Positions 8,567-18,213 are shown, counted from the stretch's first letter. The stretch: 32,225 bases of DNA from an uncultured Arcobacter sp. (GCA_913054415.1 CAJXII010000001.1:1-32225), one strand, 5' to 3'. Notes: generated by a model from the sequence alone, not told the origin. A program made the numbers and translations.

Positions 8567-9193
8567 CTATTTAACTCTTGATATATGACCTGTTCTTGGA
8601 TTGATCTGTATAATAGAAAAATTACCATTTTTATCTTCTAATTTGACAGTGCATATTGATTTAATCTCATATTTATAAATATCTTCAGGATCTGTTCCAA
8701 GTCTTGAATAGACCCTACCATCATATCCAAAACTAATCTGTCCCAATGTAGATGTATCATTACAGCTAATATCTATATTTGTAATACCATACTCTTTAGT
8801 TAGCAGTATATATTTACTTTCATCTTGAGATGGATCACAATCATAATGACTATATAGATATTTATTGCTTAATGGATCTTTTAAACACTCTATTTTATTT
8901 GGGCTTCCTTTATGATTAAGATCTCTAAAAACTATAAAATATAACCCACCTATATTTTTGGAACATTTTTGAAATTTGATAGTCCATCTCTCTTTAAACC
9001 ACATATCATCATCTACACTATATCTATTATCAAACATAGCTTTATATCTAGTATATTTCATATAAAATATAAGTTTCTTAGTAGCTAATTCTAGTTTGGA
9101 GATATGATTTTTATATTGTGCTAATGATAAAACAATAGATATTAAAAAGATTACAAAGATAAGTTCAAGTAAAGAAACTGCTTGTCGTTTCAC
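8567..9193 (-). CDS. prepilin-type N-terminal cleavage/methylation domain protein (GspH/FimT-like minor pseudopilin)
   Basis: GTG start. MKRQA|VSLLELIFVIFLISIVLSL is a class III signal with Glu at +5 of the predicted mature end. It is followed by a ~180-aa globular part. Confidence 0.7.
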   Translation of the reverse strand: MKRQAVSLLELIFVIFLISIVLSLAQYKNHISKLELATKKLIFYMKYTRYKAMFDNRYSVDDDMWFKERWTIKFQKCSKNIGGLYFIVFRDLNHKGSPNKIECLKDPLSNKYLYSHYDCDPSQDESKYILLTKEYGITNIDISCNDTSTLGQISFGYDGRVYSRLGTDPEDIYKYEIKSICTVKLEDKNGNFSIIQINPRTGHISRVK

Positions 9194-9207
9194 AATATTT
9201 TATATAT

Positions 9208-9236
9208 AAAAAAAGTCACCCCAAAGTGGAATGACT
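9208..9236 (-). terminator. rho-independent terminator after aclA
   Basis: Minus strand reads AGTCATTCC-ACTTT-GGGGTGACT (9-bp stem including 2 G-U, 5-nt loop) followed by T6. It lies 25 nt after the aclA stop. Confidence 0.5.
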
Positions 9237-9260
9237 AAGCTTAGATATATTGCAAAGAGA

Positions 9261-11075
9261 TTATATCTCTTCAGCAACTTGCACATCATAAAGTATATCA
9301 TCCATTGGATGTCTATACATAGGCATAGCAAGTCTTTTTTCATCTAAGATATGTCCGATAAATCCTATAGATCTACCTACAATAAAGAAAGCATTTAATG
9401 TTCCAGATTCGATAAACTCATCAATCTCACTTTCAGGATAACCCAATGCTCTCCACATATCTACCATTAAAATACCGATAGTTCCATCAACATTAAGGAT
9501 AAGATTCTCTTTTTTACTTGTTGTAAGAGCTTCAACTGTTCTTGCATAATCAAGAAGTGGAGTTGATGGGAAATGCTCTGCTGCATAATTCATAAGACCT
9601 GTTACTCTTAAATCTGGATTTTTAAGTGATTTAATTCTATGTCCAATACCTGGAATTGGCACACCTTGTTTTTTCATATAACCTAAAAATTCTGCTGGAG
9701 TTAAGTTATTGTCATCCGCATATTTAAAGTATTTTGCTGCACCATCAATAGCACCACCAAATCTAGGACCAATAGTAAGAAGTCCTGTAACCAAACTCTC
9801 AACTACAGATTTACCAGCTCTTGCTGTTACTTTTGCATTGTGAGCTCCTGAAACTGCTGGACCATGATCAGCAACAGTTTTCATCACTGTTTCAATAAAT
9901 TGTGTAGCCCATTTTGGATATTGTTTTTTAAACCAAAGTAAAGATACTACATCACCTATACCTTTTCCTGTATCAGGAGTAGCAACACTTGATATTGGGA
10001 ATCCTGCATAAGTTGCTTCTTCACCTCTATCATCAGAGATAGTACAGATAAATTGTTTGCTTCTTCGCACTTTAGGGCATACATTCATCTCTGGCTCTTC
10101 AATATCTTGAATTACACCTTTCTCTTTTAGTTCTGTATAAACTTTGTTGATTGTTGCTGGAAGATCATTAAATGATTCTGGCACATAGATACCAGCTTCT
10201 GCCATAGCTTTATTTTTTGCTGCTGCTGTTTCAGCATCTGCATTTGCACTAGCTCCTGCATGACCAAATTGAACTCCTGAAGAGAAATGTTTAGCAATAG
10301 TTCCTATACACCAAGCAACTACAGGTTTTGTGATTTCACCTTTTTTGATAGCTTCTATAATTTTATACTCTTCTGTTCCACCAACTTCACCTAAAAGCAC
10401 CATATATTTTACATCTGGATTTTTTTCCATTCTAAGCATATTGTCAATAAATACAGATCCAACAAATCTATCTCCACCAATAGCAACACCCTCTGCGATA
10501 CCATCTGCATTGATAGCTATGATGTTTGAAAGCTCATTAAATAATCCACCAGATCTTGTAACTAATCCACAAGATCCACATCTGTGAAGTTTGCTTCTTA
10601 CGATATTTTCAATAGTTCCACCAATATTTGCTATTTTAAATGCACCTGGAGAGATTGCTCCAACTGTAGCAGGTCCTATTACTGTAACACCAGCTTTTCT
10701 TGCAGTATTATTCATTTTTCTTGCAAGTCTTTCAGGGATACCTTCTGCTGTAACCATAATAGTTTTAAATCCACCAATCTCAACCGCTTCCATAGTAACA
10801 TCATAAGCTGTTCTAAATGAAGCAAAGTTTAGTAAAACATCAGCATTAGGAAAATCTTTTCTTGCATCTGCTGTTGATTTGTATAATGGAACCATAATCT
10901 CATCTGGACCATAGAAGAATTTTTCAAACTTATTTCCACTTGTAGGTGCAACTATAGCAGCAACAGATGGAGTTTCTCTTTTGATTGTATAATCATAATC
11001 CAACATTCTTTGAATTGCAGTTTTGTTGTTATTCCAAAAAATTGCTTGTGTATCTTTAGTAAATAATTTATTCAT
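9261..11075 (-). CDS. aclA: ATP-citrate lyase, large (alpha) subunit
   Basis: 604 aa. SucD-like CoA-binding/ligase part with the phospho-His loop SGVQFGHAGASA, fused to a citrate-synthase-like C-terminal domain (GHRIKS region). Confidence 0.92.
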   Translation of the reverse strand: MNKLFTKDTQAIFWNNNKTAIQRMLDYDYTIKRETPSVAAIVAPTSGNKFEKFFYGPDEIMVPLYKSTADARKDFPNADVLLNFASFRTAYDVTMEAVEIGGFKTIMVTAEGIPERLARKMNNTARKAGVTVIGPATVGAISPGAFKIANIGGTIENIVRSKLHRCGSCGLVTRSGGLFNELSNIIAINADGIAEGVAIGGDRFVGSVFIDNMLRMEKNPDVKYMVLLGEVGGTEEYKIIEAIKKGEITKPVVAWCIGTIAKHFSSGVQFGHAGASANADAETAAAKNKAMAEAGIYVPESFNDLPATINKVYTELKEKGVIQDIEEPEMNVCPKVRRSKQFICTISDDRGEEATYAGFPISSVATPDTGKGIGDVVSLLWFKKQYPKWATQFIETVMKTVADHGPAVSGAHNAKVTARAGKSVVESLVTGLLTIGPRFGGAIDGAAKYFKYADDNNLTPAEFLGYMKKQGVPIPGIGHRIKSLKNPDLRVTGLMNYAAEHFPSTPLLDYARTVEALTTSKKENLILNVDGTIGILMVDMWRALGYPESEIDEFIESGTLNAFFIVGRSIGFIGHILDEKRLAMPMYRHPMDDILYDVQVAEEI

Positions 11076-11084
11076 CCTATCCCC

Positions 11085-12416
11085 TTATTTCTCTAATGCC
11101 ATTCTAACAATATCAGTTACATGAGTATCTGGTCCGTAAACTTCTATACTTAAACCTAATCTATTAGCTGCTTCTTCGATATCTTTTAGACCTTTTTCAT
11201 AGTTTGGTCCACCTCGTCTTACATAAATTTTAGTATTATGCTCTTTTAATTTTTCTGCCCATGTTTCAAATGATTGGATAATACCTGTAAATGTTTTTGC
11301 TACATCTGTAAAGTTAGCAATAGCTCCACCAATAATAAGTATCTTATCTAACCCTTTTGGATCTTTATGTCTTGTCATAAGATCAAAAATAGTATCAGCA
11401 TAAAATTTTGTTTCACCTGTAGTTGGCCCACCACTATATTCACCATAGTTTGCAAGATCTGCAATTGAACCACCATTTGCTTCTGCAAAATCAGCAATAG
11501 TATCAGCATAAACAACAGATGCTCCACCACCTGCTACCATAGTCCAAACTCTACCCATTGGATTTAAAATAGTAAGTTTTAAACTCGCTCCTGATTTACT
11601 ATCAGCTTCAGCAATAGCTTTCTCTTCATCAGATTGATCTTCCATACCAAAAGCTGTAGGGTATTCAATATCTCCCCATACATCTTTCATCAAAAATCCT
11701 GCTGTATCATCAAGTCTAGCAACAAGATCTAAGATCGCCATATTGTTACCATCTAGCATAACTATTGGATTTATCTCAAGATATGCAAAATTCATATCTC
11801 TGTAGAATTTGAAAAATGCTATAGCAAATGCTGTAAAACTAGCTTTATTTTCATCTGGAATATCTGCAGGAACATTTGCTTTTACTGCATGTTCCATATC
11901 TGCATCACTCATATCGATTGAGATTACAACTTCATTAACTTTTTCATCCCAACCATCTTCTACTTCCATACCACCTTCTGCTGACATATAAAGAACATCA
12001 TCTTCACCAACACAAGTAGCACTTATATAATACTCTTGATCTTGGGTATGTGGAGTAAATGGCTCAACAATAAAATGTGTTAATAGACCACTTTGACCTG
12101 AAAGTAAAGTAGTTGTATGTGCCATCTTTTCATCTATCCAAGCAGCAGCTTCCTCTACTGTTACATCTCCTGGTTTATTTGTTTTAAATAAAACCAGATC
12201 ATTTTTTCCTCTTTTACCAAATAACATATCTGGTTTTGCAACTAATGGTTCTTGTTTTAACCACTCAAAACCATGCTCATTTGCTTTTTCTAATAACTCT
12301 GCCCCACTTGTAACTAGAACAGATTTGAAACCATAGTGAAATCCACTAAAATAGTTTTCCCATTGTTTAGAAAATAATGCTTTACCATCATATTCTCGTA
12401 TTGCTTTTTGTGCCAT
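11085..12416 (-). CDS. aclB: ATP-citrate lyase, small (beta) subunit
   Basis: 443 aa, SucC-like ATP-grasp (MAQKAIREYDGKALF...). 9-nt gap to aclA. RBS AAGGGGAAAGT-ATG. Confidence 0.92.
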   Translation of the reverse strand: MAQKAIREYDGKALFSKQWENYFSGFHYGFKSVLVTSGAELLEKANEHGFEWLKQEPLVAKPDMLFGKRGKNDLVLFKTNKPGDVTVEEAAAWIDEKMAHTTTLLSGQSGLLTHFIVEPFTPHTQDQEYYISATCVGEDDVLYMSAEGGMEVEDGWDEKVNEVVISIDMSDADMEHAVKANVPADIPDENKASFTAFAIAFFKFYRDMNFAYLEINPIVMLDGNNMAILDLVARLDDTAGFLMKDVWGDIEYPTAFGMEDQSDEEKAIAEADSKSGASLKLTILNPMGRVWTMVAGGGASVVYADTIADFAEANGGSIADLANYGEYSGGPTTGETKFYADTIFDLMTRHKDPKGLDKILIIGGAIANFTDVAKTFTGIIQSFETWAEKLKEHNTKIYVRRGGPNYEKGLKDIEEAANRLGLSIEVYGPDTHVTDIVRMALEK

Positions 12417-12501
12417 ACTTTCCCCTTGTTAGAATTTAATTTATCAATTTTATCTTTTTTTAGATTATAATTAACACAAAACCAATATATAATTTATACT
12501 A

Positions 12502-13737
12502 CTAATCTTGACTGTTTAGTTTAGTAACATTTTTGTTTTTGAATTTAAAAGAATGTTCATCCATATAATATGTGTAGATTGTTTTATTGAGATATTTAAT
12601 TTTTATAGGTAGATAATCTTTATGATAAATAGATGTTACATATATCTTGTTACCATCTTCAATACCATAAAATTTTAGCCGTTTTTGAAGTTTATAATCT
12701 TGACACAACACTTTATGTATATTATGTGCTTTTAGATATAAGACTAACTCTTTTGCAAAGTGATATTTTATCGCAAAGTGTTTATTTGGATTTGGCAAAA
12801 TAAAATATAATGGTTTATTGAAAATTAAAATTAAAAAATTTAAACCCAATATCAACAACCCAAATATAGCAAATCTTTGATGATTTTTTCTAAATCTAGG
12901 AAGTCTTACATTATATGAGTGTAGAAAAAGTTTTACCATCAAAGGGATAGATATTACAACAAAAGGGGCAAAATCATCTATTAATATCTTTTGTCGAAGT
13001 GATAAAATAAGTGAAAAAATTAAAGCAGTAAAAGAGATATACCAATATAGATCTTTTTCCCCCTTGATCCCAATCCTATAAAGTGTATAGAAAAAATATA
13101 AAAATATTACAGGGGAAAAAATAGATGCATACATATTAAATGTATCGATAAAATAACCTTTTGGTTTTCCACCACTATCAAACCCATACATCTGCATAGA
13201 TATACCAAAAAGGATTAATGATACGATTAGTAACATATTGTCTTTTTTCTTTAATGAATAAAAAAACAAAGCTAGATACATAATAGCAAATGAATTATCA
13301 ATAAACAACATAACTACTAACAACCAATAATGCTCTTTTGATGTCAATTTAAATAAATAAAGATACAAAAGAATAAAAAATATAACCATTATCGCACTAT
13401 TTACAAGTAAAGCAGCACTTACAACACCAGGAAGAAGCATAAAAATTATTATCAAAATTAACCTATAACTTTGTTTTTTAAAGTAATCATCTGTAAGTAG
13501 ATATGATATGATTACACTTCCTATATAAAATAAAATAAATGGTAATCTTAATGCTATATCATTTTGACCAAAAATAGATGTAGATATATCTATAAGATAT
13601 GATAGAAGTGTATTGTTTTGAAAAAAGATTGTTGCTTCACCATAAGAGATACTAAAATCATTAGCACTGAAAAGCAATACTAAAAAGTTTAAAAATAACA
13701 ACCCAACAAATATAAGATTATATCGTAGATTATTCAT
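12502..13737 (-). CDS. polytopic membrane protein, probably GT-C fold glycosyltransferase (ArnT/PMT_2-like)
   Basis: 411 aa with about 10 hydrophobic helices in the N-terminal 300 aa and a soluble C-terminal ~100 aa. The first loop (ISYGEATIF) resembles the DEA-type loop of family-39-like transferases. 4 nt downstream of the amidotransferase gene. CDS is confident; function is tentative. Confidence 0.75.
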   Translation of the reverse strand: MNNLRYNLIFVGLLFLNFLVLLFSANDFSISYGEATIFFQNNTLLSYLIDISTSIFGQNDIALRLPFILFYIGSVIISYLLTDDYFKKQSYRLILIIIFMLLPGVVSAALLVNSAIMVIFFILLYLYLFKLTSKEHYWLLVVMLFIDNSFAIMYLALFFYSLKKKDNMLLIVSLILFGISMQMYGFDSGGKPKGYFIDTFNMYASIFSPVIFLYFFYTLYRIGIKGEKDLYWYISFTALIFSLILSLRQKILIDDFAPFVVISIPLMVKLFLHSYNVRLPRFRKNHQRFAIFGLLILGLNFLILIFNKPLYFILPNPNKHFAIKYHFAKELVLYLKAHNIHKVLCQDYKLQKRLKFYGIEDGNKIYVTSIYHKDYLPIKIKYLNKTIYTYYMDEHSFKFKNKNVTKLNSQD

Positions 13738-13741
13738 AATA

Positions 13742-14317
13742 CTATATTTTGAGAAAATTATTTAGTATCTCATGTCCATATTCTGACATAATAGATTCTG
13801 GATGGAACTGCACTCCATAAATATTTTTATCTTTGATTTTCAATGACATAATTTCATCATCATCTAAAGATTTTGAAGTAACCACTATATCTGATGGGAT
13901 ACTATTTTTATCAACGGTTAAAGAGTGGTATCTAGTTTCAATCATAGTTTTTGGCAAATCTTTAAATATTATATCATCTTTTATCACTTCTATTTGTGAA
14001 GTTTTACCATGCATCATATTTTTTGCTTTTATAACTTTTGCACCAAATACTTGCGCAATAGATTGATGTCCTAAACAGATACCAAGTATTGGCATAGTGC
14101 TATTTTTTCCAAGTTTATCAATTACATCAAGACAAACTCCAGCATCATCTGGTGTAGCAGGCCCTGGAGATATAATAATTTTCTCAGGGTTTAACTCTTG
14201 AATTTGTTGAACTGTAAGCTCATCATTTCTTATTACTTTTAAATTAGCTCCAAGTTCTAAACAATACTGAACAATATTGTATGTAAAACTATCGTAGTTA
14301 TCTATCATTAAAATCAT
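13742..14317 (-). CDS. aminodeoxychorismate/anthranilate synthase component II (glutamine amidotransferase)
   Basis: 191 aa. MILMIDNYDSFTYNIVQY, GICLGHQSI (Cys nucleophile) and VQFHPES (His/Glu). PabA and TrpG cannot be distinguished from this sequence alone. Confidence 0.9.
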   Translation of the reverse strand: MILMIDNYDSFTYNIVQYCLELGANLKVIRNDELTVQQIQELNPEKIIISPGPATPDDAGVCLDVIDKLGKNSTMPILGICLGHQSIAQVFGAKVIKAKNMMHGKTSQIEVIKDDIIFKDLPKTMIETRYHSLTVDKNSIPSDIVVTSKSLDDDEIMSLKIKDKNIYGVQFHPESIMSEYGHEILNNFLKI

Positions 14318-14345
14318 ATTAAATTATCCTTGTAAAATCTATGTT

Positions 14346-14354
14346 ATTATATCA
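14346..14354 (-). promoter_or_regulatory. extended -10 (TGATATAAT) for the amidotransferase gene
   Basis: The minus strand reads TGATATAAT about 29 nt upstream of ATG 14317, with AAGGA as RBS. This implies a short (~22 nt) leader. Confidence 0.35.
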
Positions 14355-14407
14355 AATTTAAAATTAGAGCGTTGTTTAAGTTTAAATATTTATTAGTGGA
14401 GTAATAC

Positions 14408-15022
14408 TTATAACTTCTCTAATAGTCTATCAAAATCACTTTTATACAGCTTATCCTGTATAACTCTATATTTTTCATATTCACTTAGTGCATGATCTTT
14501 CGCAATTTGTGCTGTTATTTTTCCAGCATTTTGAAGTATCTGCCTATCATCAAATTCTAAAAACATATCAAGTCGTTTAGCCCAATCTTCCATAGTCATA
14601 GGGATATTTCTTTTTGCTCTTTCTTCTGCAAGGTCAAGATAAGCACTCACAACTCTACCTAATGATTCTAACTCATCTTTTGACAAATAGTTTTTTGCTA
14701 CAGCTTTTTTGGAATTTACACGATAGCCCACAGAGATTATTGCATCCAAATTATAATATTTTGTAGTATAAGTTTTACCATCATTTGCAGTATGTCGGAA
14801 ATTGCGACATACTTCTTTTTCATCTAGTTCACCATCTTCAAAAATATGTTTTAAATGCTCTGTTATAGTGCTTCTGCCCTTTTGAAACAACTTGGCAATA
14901 AACTTTTGAGTTAGCCAAACAGTTTCATCTTCAACTTTAACTTCAATACTATTTTCACCAGCTTGAGATGTAAAGATTAAAAATTCTGTTGTTGAGTTTC
15001 TTATTTGTAAATTTTTATCCAT
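14408..15022 (-). CDS. RhuM-family protein, short form (apparent in-frame loss of the central region)
   Basis: N-terminus: IRNSTTEFLIFTSQAGENSIEVKVEDETVWLTQKFIAKLF...YNLDAIISVGYRVNS. C-terminus: AKNYLSKDELESLGRVVSAYLDLAEERAKRNIPMTMEDWAKRLDMFLEFDDRQILQNAGKI...EYEKYRVIQD. Both match the RhuM family as I recall it. Start moved to ATG 15022 (AGAGGA 8 nt upstream) from track start 15043. Confidence 0.75.
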   Translation of the reverse strand: MDKNLQIRNSTTEFLIFTSQAGENSIEVKVEDETVWLTQKFIAKLFQKGRSTITEHLKHIFEDGELDEKEVCRNFRHTANDGKTYTTKYYNLDAIISVGYRVNSKKAVAKNYLSKDELESLGRVVSAYLDLAEERAKRNIPMTMEDWAKRLDMFLEFDDRQILQNAGKITAQIAKDHALSEYEKYRVIQDKLYKSDFDRLLEKL

Positions 15023-15234
15023 TGTCTTTTTCCTCTTATGCATATAGGTTATCTAAGGCACATTGTGTACCTTAATTTAGCTCTACTTTAAAGTTGAATG
15101 TATATTTTATGGAATTAATGGTATCTGAAAATTTGTTATAAAACCATTAAATAAGGGGCTTGTAAGGATTGCCTATCATTAAAATTATAGTGTTATTCAA
15201 AAGTAAAAAATCTATTAAGTTACAGATGTAAAAT

Positions 15235-16197
15235 TTAGTTTCCACTAAATTTTACTAATGCAGATCCCCAAGTAAGTCCACCACCAAAAGCATCCAATAA
15301 TATCATATCACCTTTGGTCATTCTTTTATCTTCATAGCATTCATTTATTGCCATAGGAATAGATGCAGATGAAGTGTTACCATATTTTGCAACGGTAACC
15401 ACTTTTTGATGGTCATCAAATTTTAAAGCATCACCTACAGCTTTGATAATTCTATAGTTAGCTTGATGTGGGATAAAGAGATCGATATCTTTATTGGTAA
15501 GATTATTTTTTTCCATAATAGATCTAACATCACTAGTAAGTGTTCTTACTGCTACTTTAAATGTTTCATTCCCTTTCATTTGCATAAAAGGTTTCTCTTG
15601 ACTTTGAACACCAGGAGTTAAAAGTAGATCTTGCATACTACCATCAGCACTACATTGGATATCCAAAATAGCTTCATCTTTATTTTCTGTAGCACTAATA
15701 ACTGCTGCTCCTGCTCCATCTCCAAAAAGCATACAAGTAGTTCTATCTGTATAATCAATAATTGAACTTAATTTTTCAGCACCTATGATTAATACATTTT
15801 TTTTCATACCAGATTCTATAAATGCTTTTGCAGTTTGCATAGCATAGATAAATCCTGTGCATGCTGCACTTATATCCAATGCCATAGTATCTCTAATACC
15901 TAACTTTTCTGCTATAAGACAAGCTGTTGATGGCATACAAAAATAATCAGGTGAGATAGTAGCACAGATGATTAGATCAATATCTGATGGTTCTAATTGA
16001 GCTCTTTGAATAGCAATCTTTGCAGCATTTGCCCCTAAATCACTTGTAGTTTGATCATCTGAAGCAATATGTCTTTGGTTGATCCCTGTTCTTTTTGTAA
16101 TCCACTCATCACTTGTATCCATCCTATCTACAAACCATTGATTTGTTCTGATCTCATCTGGAATATAAGCACCTATTGATTTAAACGAAGCATACAT
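15235..16197 (-). CDS. fabH: 3-oxoacyl-ACP synthase III
   Basis: 320 aa. Active-site Cys (ACTGFIYA), HQAN His, GNTSSASIP Asn. Confidence 0.95.
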   Translation of the reverse strand: MYASFKSIGAYIPDEIRTNQWFVDRMDTSDEWITKRTGINQRHIASDDQTTSDLGANAAKIAIQRAQLEPSDIDLIICATISPDYFCMPSTACLIAEKLGIRDTMALDISAACTGFIYAMQTAKAFIESGMKKNVLIIGAEKLSSIIDYTDRTTCMLFGDGAGAAVISATENKDEAILDIQCSADGSMQDLLLTPGVQSQEKPFMQMKGNETFKVAVRTLTSDVRSIMEKNNLTNKDIDLFIPHQANYRIIKAVGDALKFDDHQKVVTVAKYGNTSSASIPMAINECYEDKRMTKGDMILLDAFGGGLTWGSALVKFSGN

Positions 16198-16200
16198 ATT

Positions 16201-17190
16201 TTATCCCTTATATTTAGAAATACTATTTTCTATATCATCACTTAGATTTGAATCAGCAGAGTGTAAAGCTTGGAAAATAGCATTTTTAATAGCTTTTGCA
16301 TTTGATTTTCCATGAGCAATAATAACAGGTGCTTTTACCCCAATAAGCGGAGCTCCACCATATTCAGCATAATCAACTTTAAGTTTTAATTTTTTGAAAA
16401 CTTTTCTCATCAAAACTGCACCAGTAATAGATACAAGTGATCTTCTTAAATTATTTTTAATAATTTTTCCAATCGTATCTGCAACACCCTCTGCAGTTTT
16501 TAACATAATATTACCTACAAATCCATCACAAACAACAACATCTACTGAACCATTGAAAATATCACTACCCTCTACATTACCTATAAAATTTGGTAATTGT
16601 TCCAATAATGAAAAAGCACTTTTAGTTACTTCATTACCTTTTGATTCCTCTTCACCATTTGATAACAACCCAACCAAAGGGCTATCTATACCTAAAACAT
16701 CTTCAGCATATGCTTGTCCCATAATAGCGAACTCTTTAAGATTATTTGCATCACAATCTACATTTGCTCCAACATCTAACACTAAAGTAGTGCTATCTGC
16801 TGTAGGCATCAATGTAGCAATAGCAGGACGACTTACACCTTTAATTCTTCCAATTCTTAATGTAGCTAAACTCATACTAGCACCACTATGCCCAGCACTT
16901 ACATAAGCATCAGCTTCACCATTTCTTACTAGTTCAATAGCTTTATAAGCCGAACTCTCTTTCCGTTTTAGTGCATCAGTTGCATGATCTGACATACTAA
17001 TAACATCAGTAGTATGTAAAATAGTTATTCTTGAATCAAATTTATGAGGAATTAAAGGTAGAAGTTCATCTTTATCGCCTACTAAGATAGCTTCAAAATG
17101 TCTATCTTTTTTAAAGGCTAATAATAATCCATCTACAATAGGTTTGCAACCAAAGTCGCCACCCATTGCATCAATCGCTACTTTTAGCAT
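16201..17190 (-). CDS. plsX: phosphate acyltransferase
   Basis: 329 aa. [17 protein letters not shown]. 3-nt gap to fabH. Confidence 0.95.
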   Translation of the reverse strand: MLKVAIDAMGGDFGCKPIVDGLLLAFKKDRHFEAILVGDKDELLPLIPHKFDSRITILHTTDVISMSDHATDALKRKESSAYKAIELVRNGEADAYVSAGHSGASMSLATLRIGRIKGVSRPAIATLMPTADSTTLVLDVGANVDCDANNLKEFAIMGQAYAEDVLGIDSPLVGLLSNGEEESKGNEVTKSAFSLLEQLPNFIGNVEGSDIFNGSVDVVVCDGFVGNIMLKTAEGVADTIGKIIKNNLRRSLVSITGAVLMRKVFKKLKLKVDYAEYGGAPLIGVKAPVIIAHGKSNAKAIKNAIFQALHSADSNLSDDIENSISKYKG

Positions 17191-17342
17191 TATGATTTAT
17201 ATTCACCTGTAGTTGGATTTACATTATGAGGCATTTTCCATGTCCCATCTGTATCTTTTACTGGTCTTTTTAAAGTAATTTTATAGTGAGTTCTTCTTTT
17301 TGCACTTCTTGAATGACTCACTCTTCTCTTTGGTACTGCCAT
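17190..17342 (-). CDS. rpmF: 50S ribosomal protein L32
   Basis: 50-aa ORF below the track cut-off: [50 protein letters not shown]. Its TAA overlaps the plsX ATG (TAATG). Confidence 0.9.
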   Translation of the reverse strand: MAVPKRRVSHSRSAKRRTHYKITLKRPVKDTDGTWKMPHNVNPTTGEYKS

Positions 17343-17362
17343 ATCTTATCCTTTGTATTAAA

Positions 17363-17749
17363 TTAAAACTCGATATCGAGTTTTGTATCACTGTTTTCGC
17401 AAGATTTACATATATGATAATCACTACGAAAAGATTCTAATTCACTTTGAAGTAACTCTTCAAAATCAATTACACCGCCTTCTACTTCTATTATAATTTT
17501 ATCAAGATCTCTTTCATCATCTGATGTATATAACCCATCACACAATAAAAAATTGATGTTTTCTTGTAATAATTTAGAAAATTCCTCTCCACATTTACAA
17601 CAAGAAACATCTACATTGCCTTCTATTTTAGAATTAATATCTACTAACTTTGATGATATTTTACTAAAACTACCTAAAAACTTAACTGAATTAGATTCAA
17701 TTAAAAAATCTTTTTTTTGTAAAGGCACCTTTCTAAAATCTATTTTCAT
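17363..17749 (-). CDS. YceD/DUF177 family protein
   Basis: 128 aa, acidic, with CCKCGEEF and ICKSCEN Cys pairs. Sits in the canonical position immediately upstream of rpmF. Confidence 0.8.
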   Translation of the reverse strand: MKIDFRKVPLQKKDFLIESNSVKFLGSFSKISSKLVDINSKIEGNVDVSCCKCGEEFSKLLQENINFLLCDGLYTSDDERDLDKIIIEVEGGVIDFEELLQSELESFRSDYHICKSCENSDTKLDIEF

Positions 17750-17767
17750 TATAATTTCAACAAATTT

Positions 17768-18181
17768 CTAGCAAAGTTCTCTTTGAGCAAAGAAGAAATC
17801 AATCTCAATTTTTGCATTTTCTAAACTATCACTTCCATGAACAGCATTAGCATCAATAGAATCAGCAAAATCAGCTCTAATTGTTCCAGGTTCAGCTTCT
17901 TGTGGATTTGTAGCACCCATAAGTTCTCTATTTTTTGCCATAGCATTTTCACCTTCTAAAACCGATACAACTACAGGTCCAGAGATCATAAACTCTACAA
18001 GGTCATTAAAAAATGGTCTTTGATTATGAACAGCATAAAATGCTTGAGCATCAGCTTTACTTAATTGTATTTTTTTTGTTGCAGCGATTCTTAACCCTGC
18101 ACTTTCAAATCTGTCTAAAATCTTACCAACTACATTTTTAGCTACTGCATCTGGTTTGATTATTGATAATGTTTGTTCCAT
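17768..18181 (-). CDS. ndk: nucleoside-diphosphate kinase
   Basis: 137 aa. IIKPDAV and the NAVHGSDS active-site His. Confidence 0.96.
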   Translation of the reverse strand: MEQTLSIIKPDAVAKNVVGKILDRFESAGLRIAATKKIQLSKADAQAFYAVHNQRPFFNDLVEFMISGPVVVSVLEGENAMAKNRELMGATNPQEAEPGTIRADFADSIDANAVHGSDSLENAKIEIDFFFAQRELC

Positions 18182-18213
18182 TATTTTATCCTTCTATTTT
18201 ATTAAAGTCGCAC

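Noticed and set aside
8559-8569. Convergent gmk/pseudopilin junction as a possible dif site or replication terminus
   Set aside because: Only 5 nt separate the two stop codons, so there is no room for a ~28-40-bp recombinase site. I cannot compute GC skew reliably by eye.
10330-10820. Three 71-85-aa plus-strand ORFs inside aclA. Similar short ORFs occur at 2683-2922, 3710-4022, 7020-7235, 11809-11991, 13833-14066, 17553-17771, 20868-21191, 21505-21690, 25988-26233, 28386-28782 and 29763-29963.
   Set aside because: All lie antisense to, or out of frame within, strongly supported genes. They have low-complexity translations. In an AT-rich genome, long antisense open frames are expected by chance.
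14318-15234. Direct repeats flanking the RhuM-like gene as insertion scars (GTAAAATCTAT at about 14333 versus GTAAAAAATCTAT at about 15202; CTTGTAA on both sides)
   Set aside because: The matches are short, imperfect and AT-rich. They are easily explained by chance in roughly 30% GC DNA. No integrase, tRNA target or inverted terminal repeats are present.
16394-16906. 170-aa plus-strand ORF inside plsX
   Set aside because: It is antisense to a confidently identified gene. Its S/T/P/L-rich composition is typical of a shadow frame, with no motif.
17711-17718. A8/T8 homopolymer tracts in coding regions (here in the yceD-like gene; others at about 15791 in fabH and about 24213 in the Fe-S subunit gene) as phase-variation switches
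   Set aside because: They encode Lys-Lys runs in essential housekeeping genes. Tracts of 8 A/T are expected at this base composition. No poly-G/C tract of 7 or more exists anywhere in the window.
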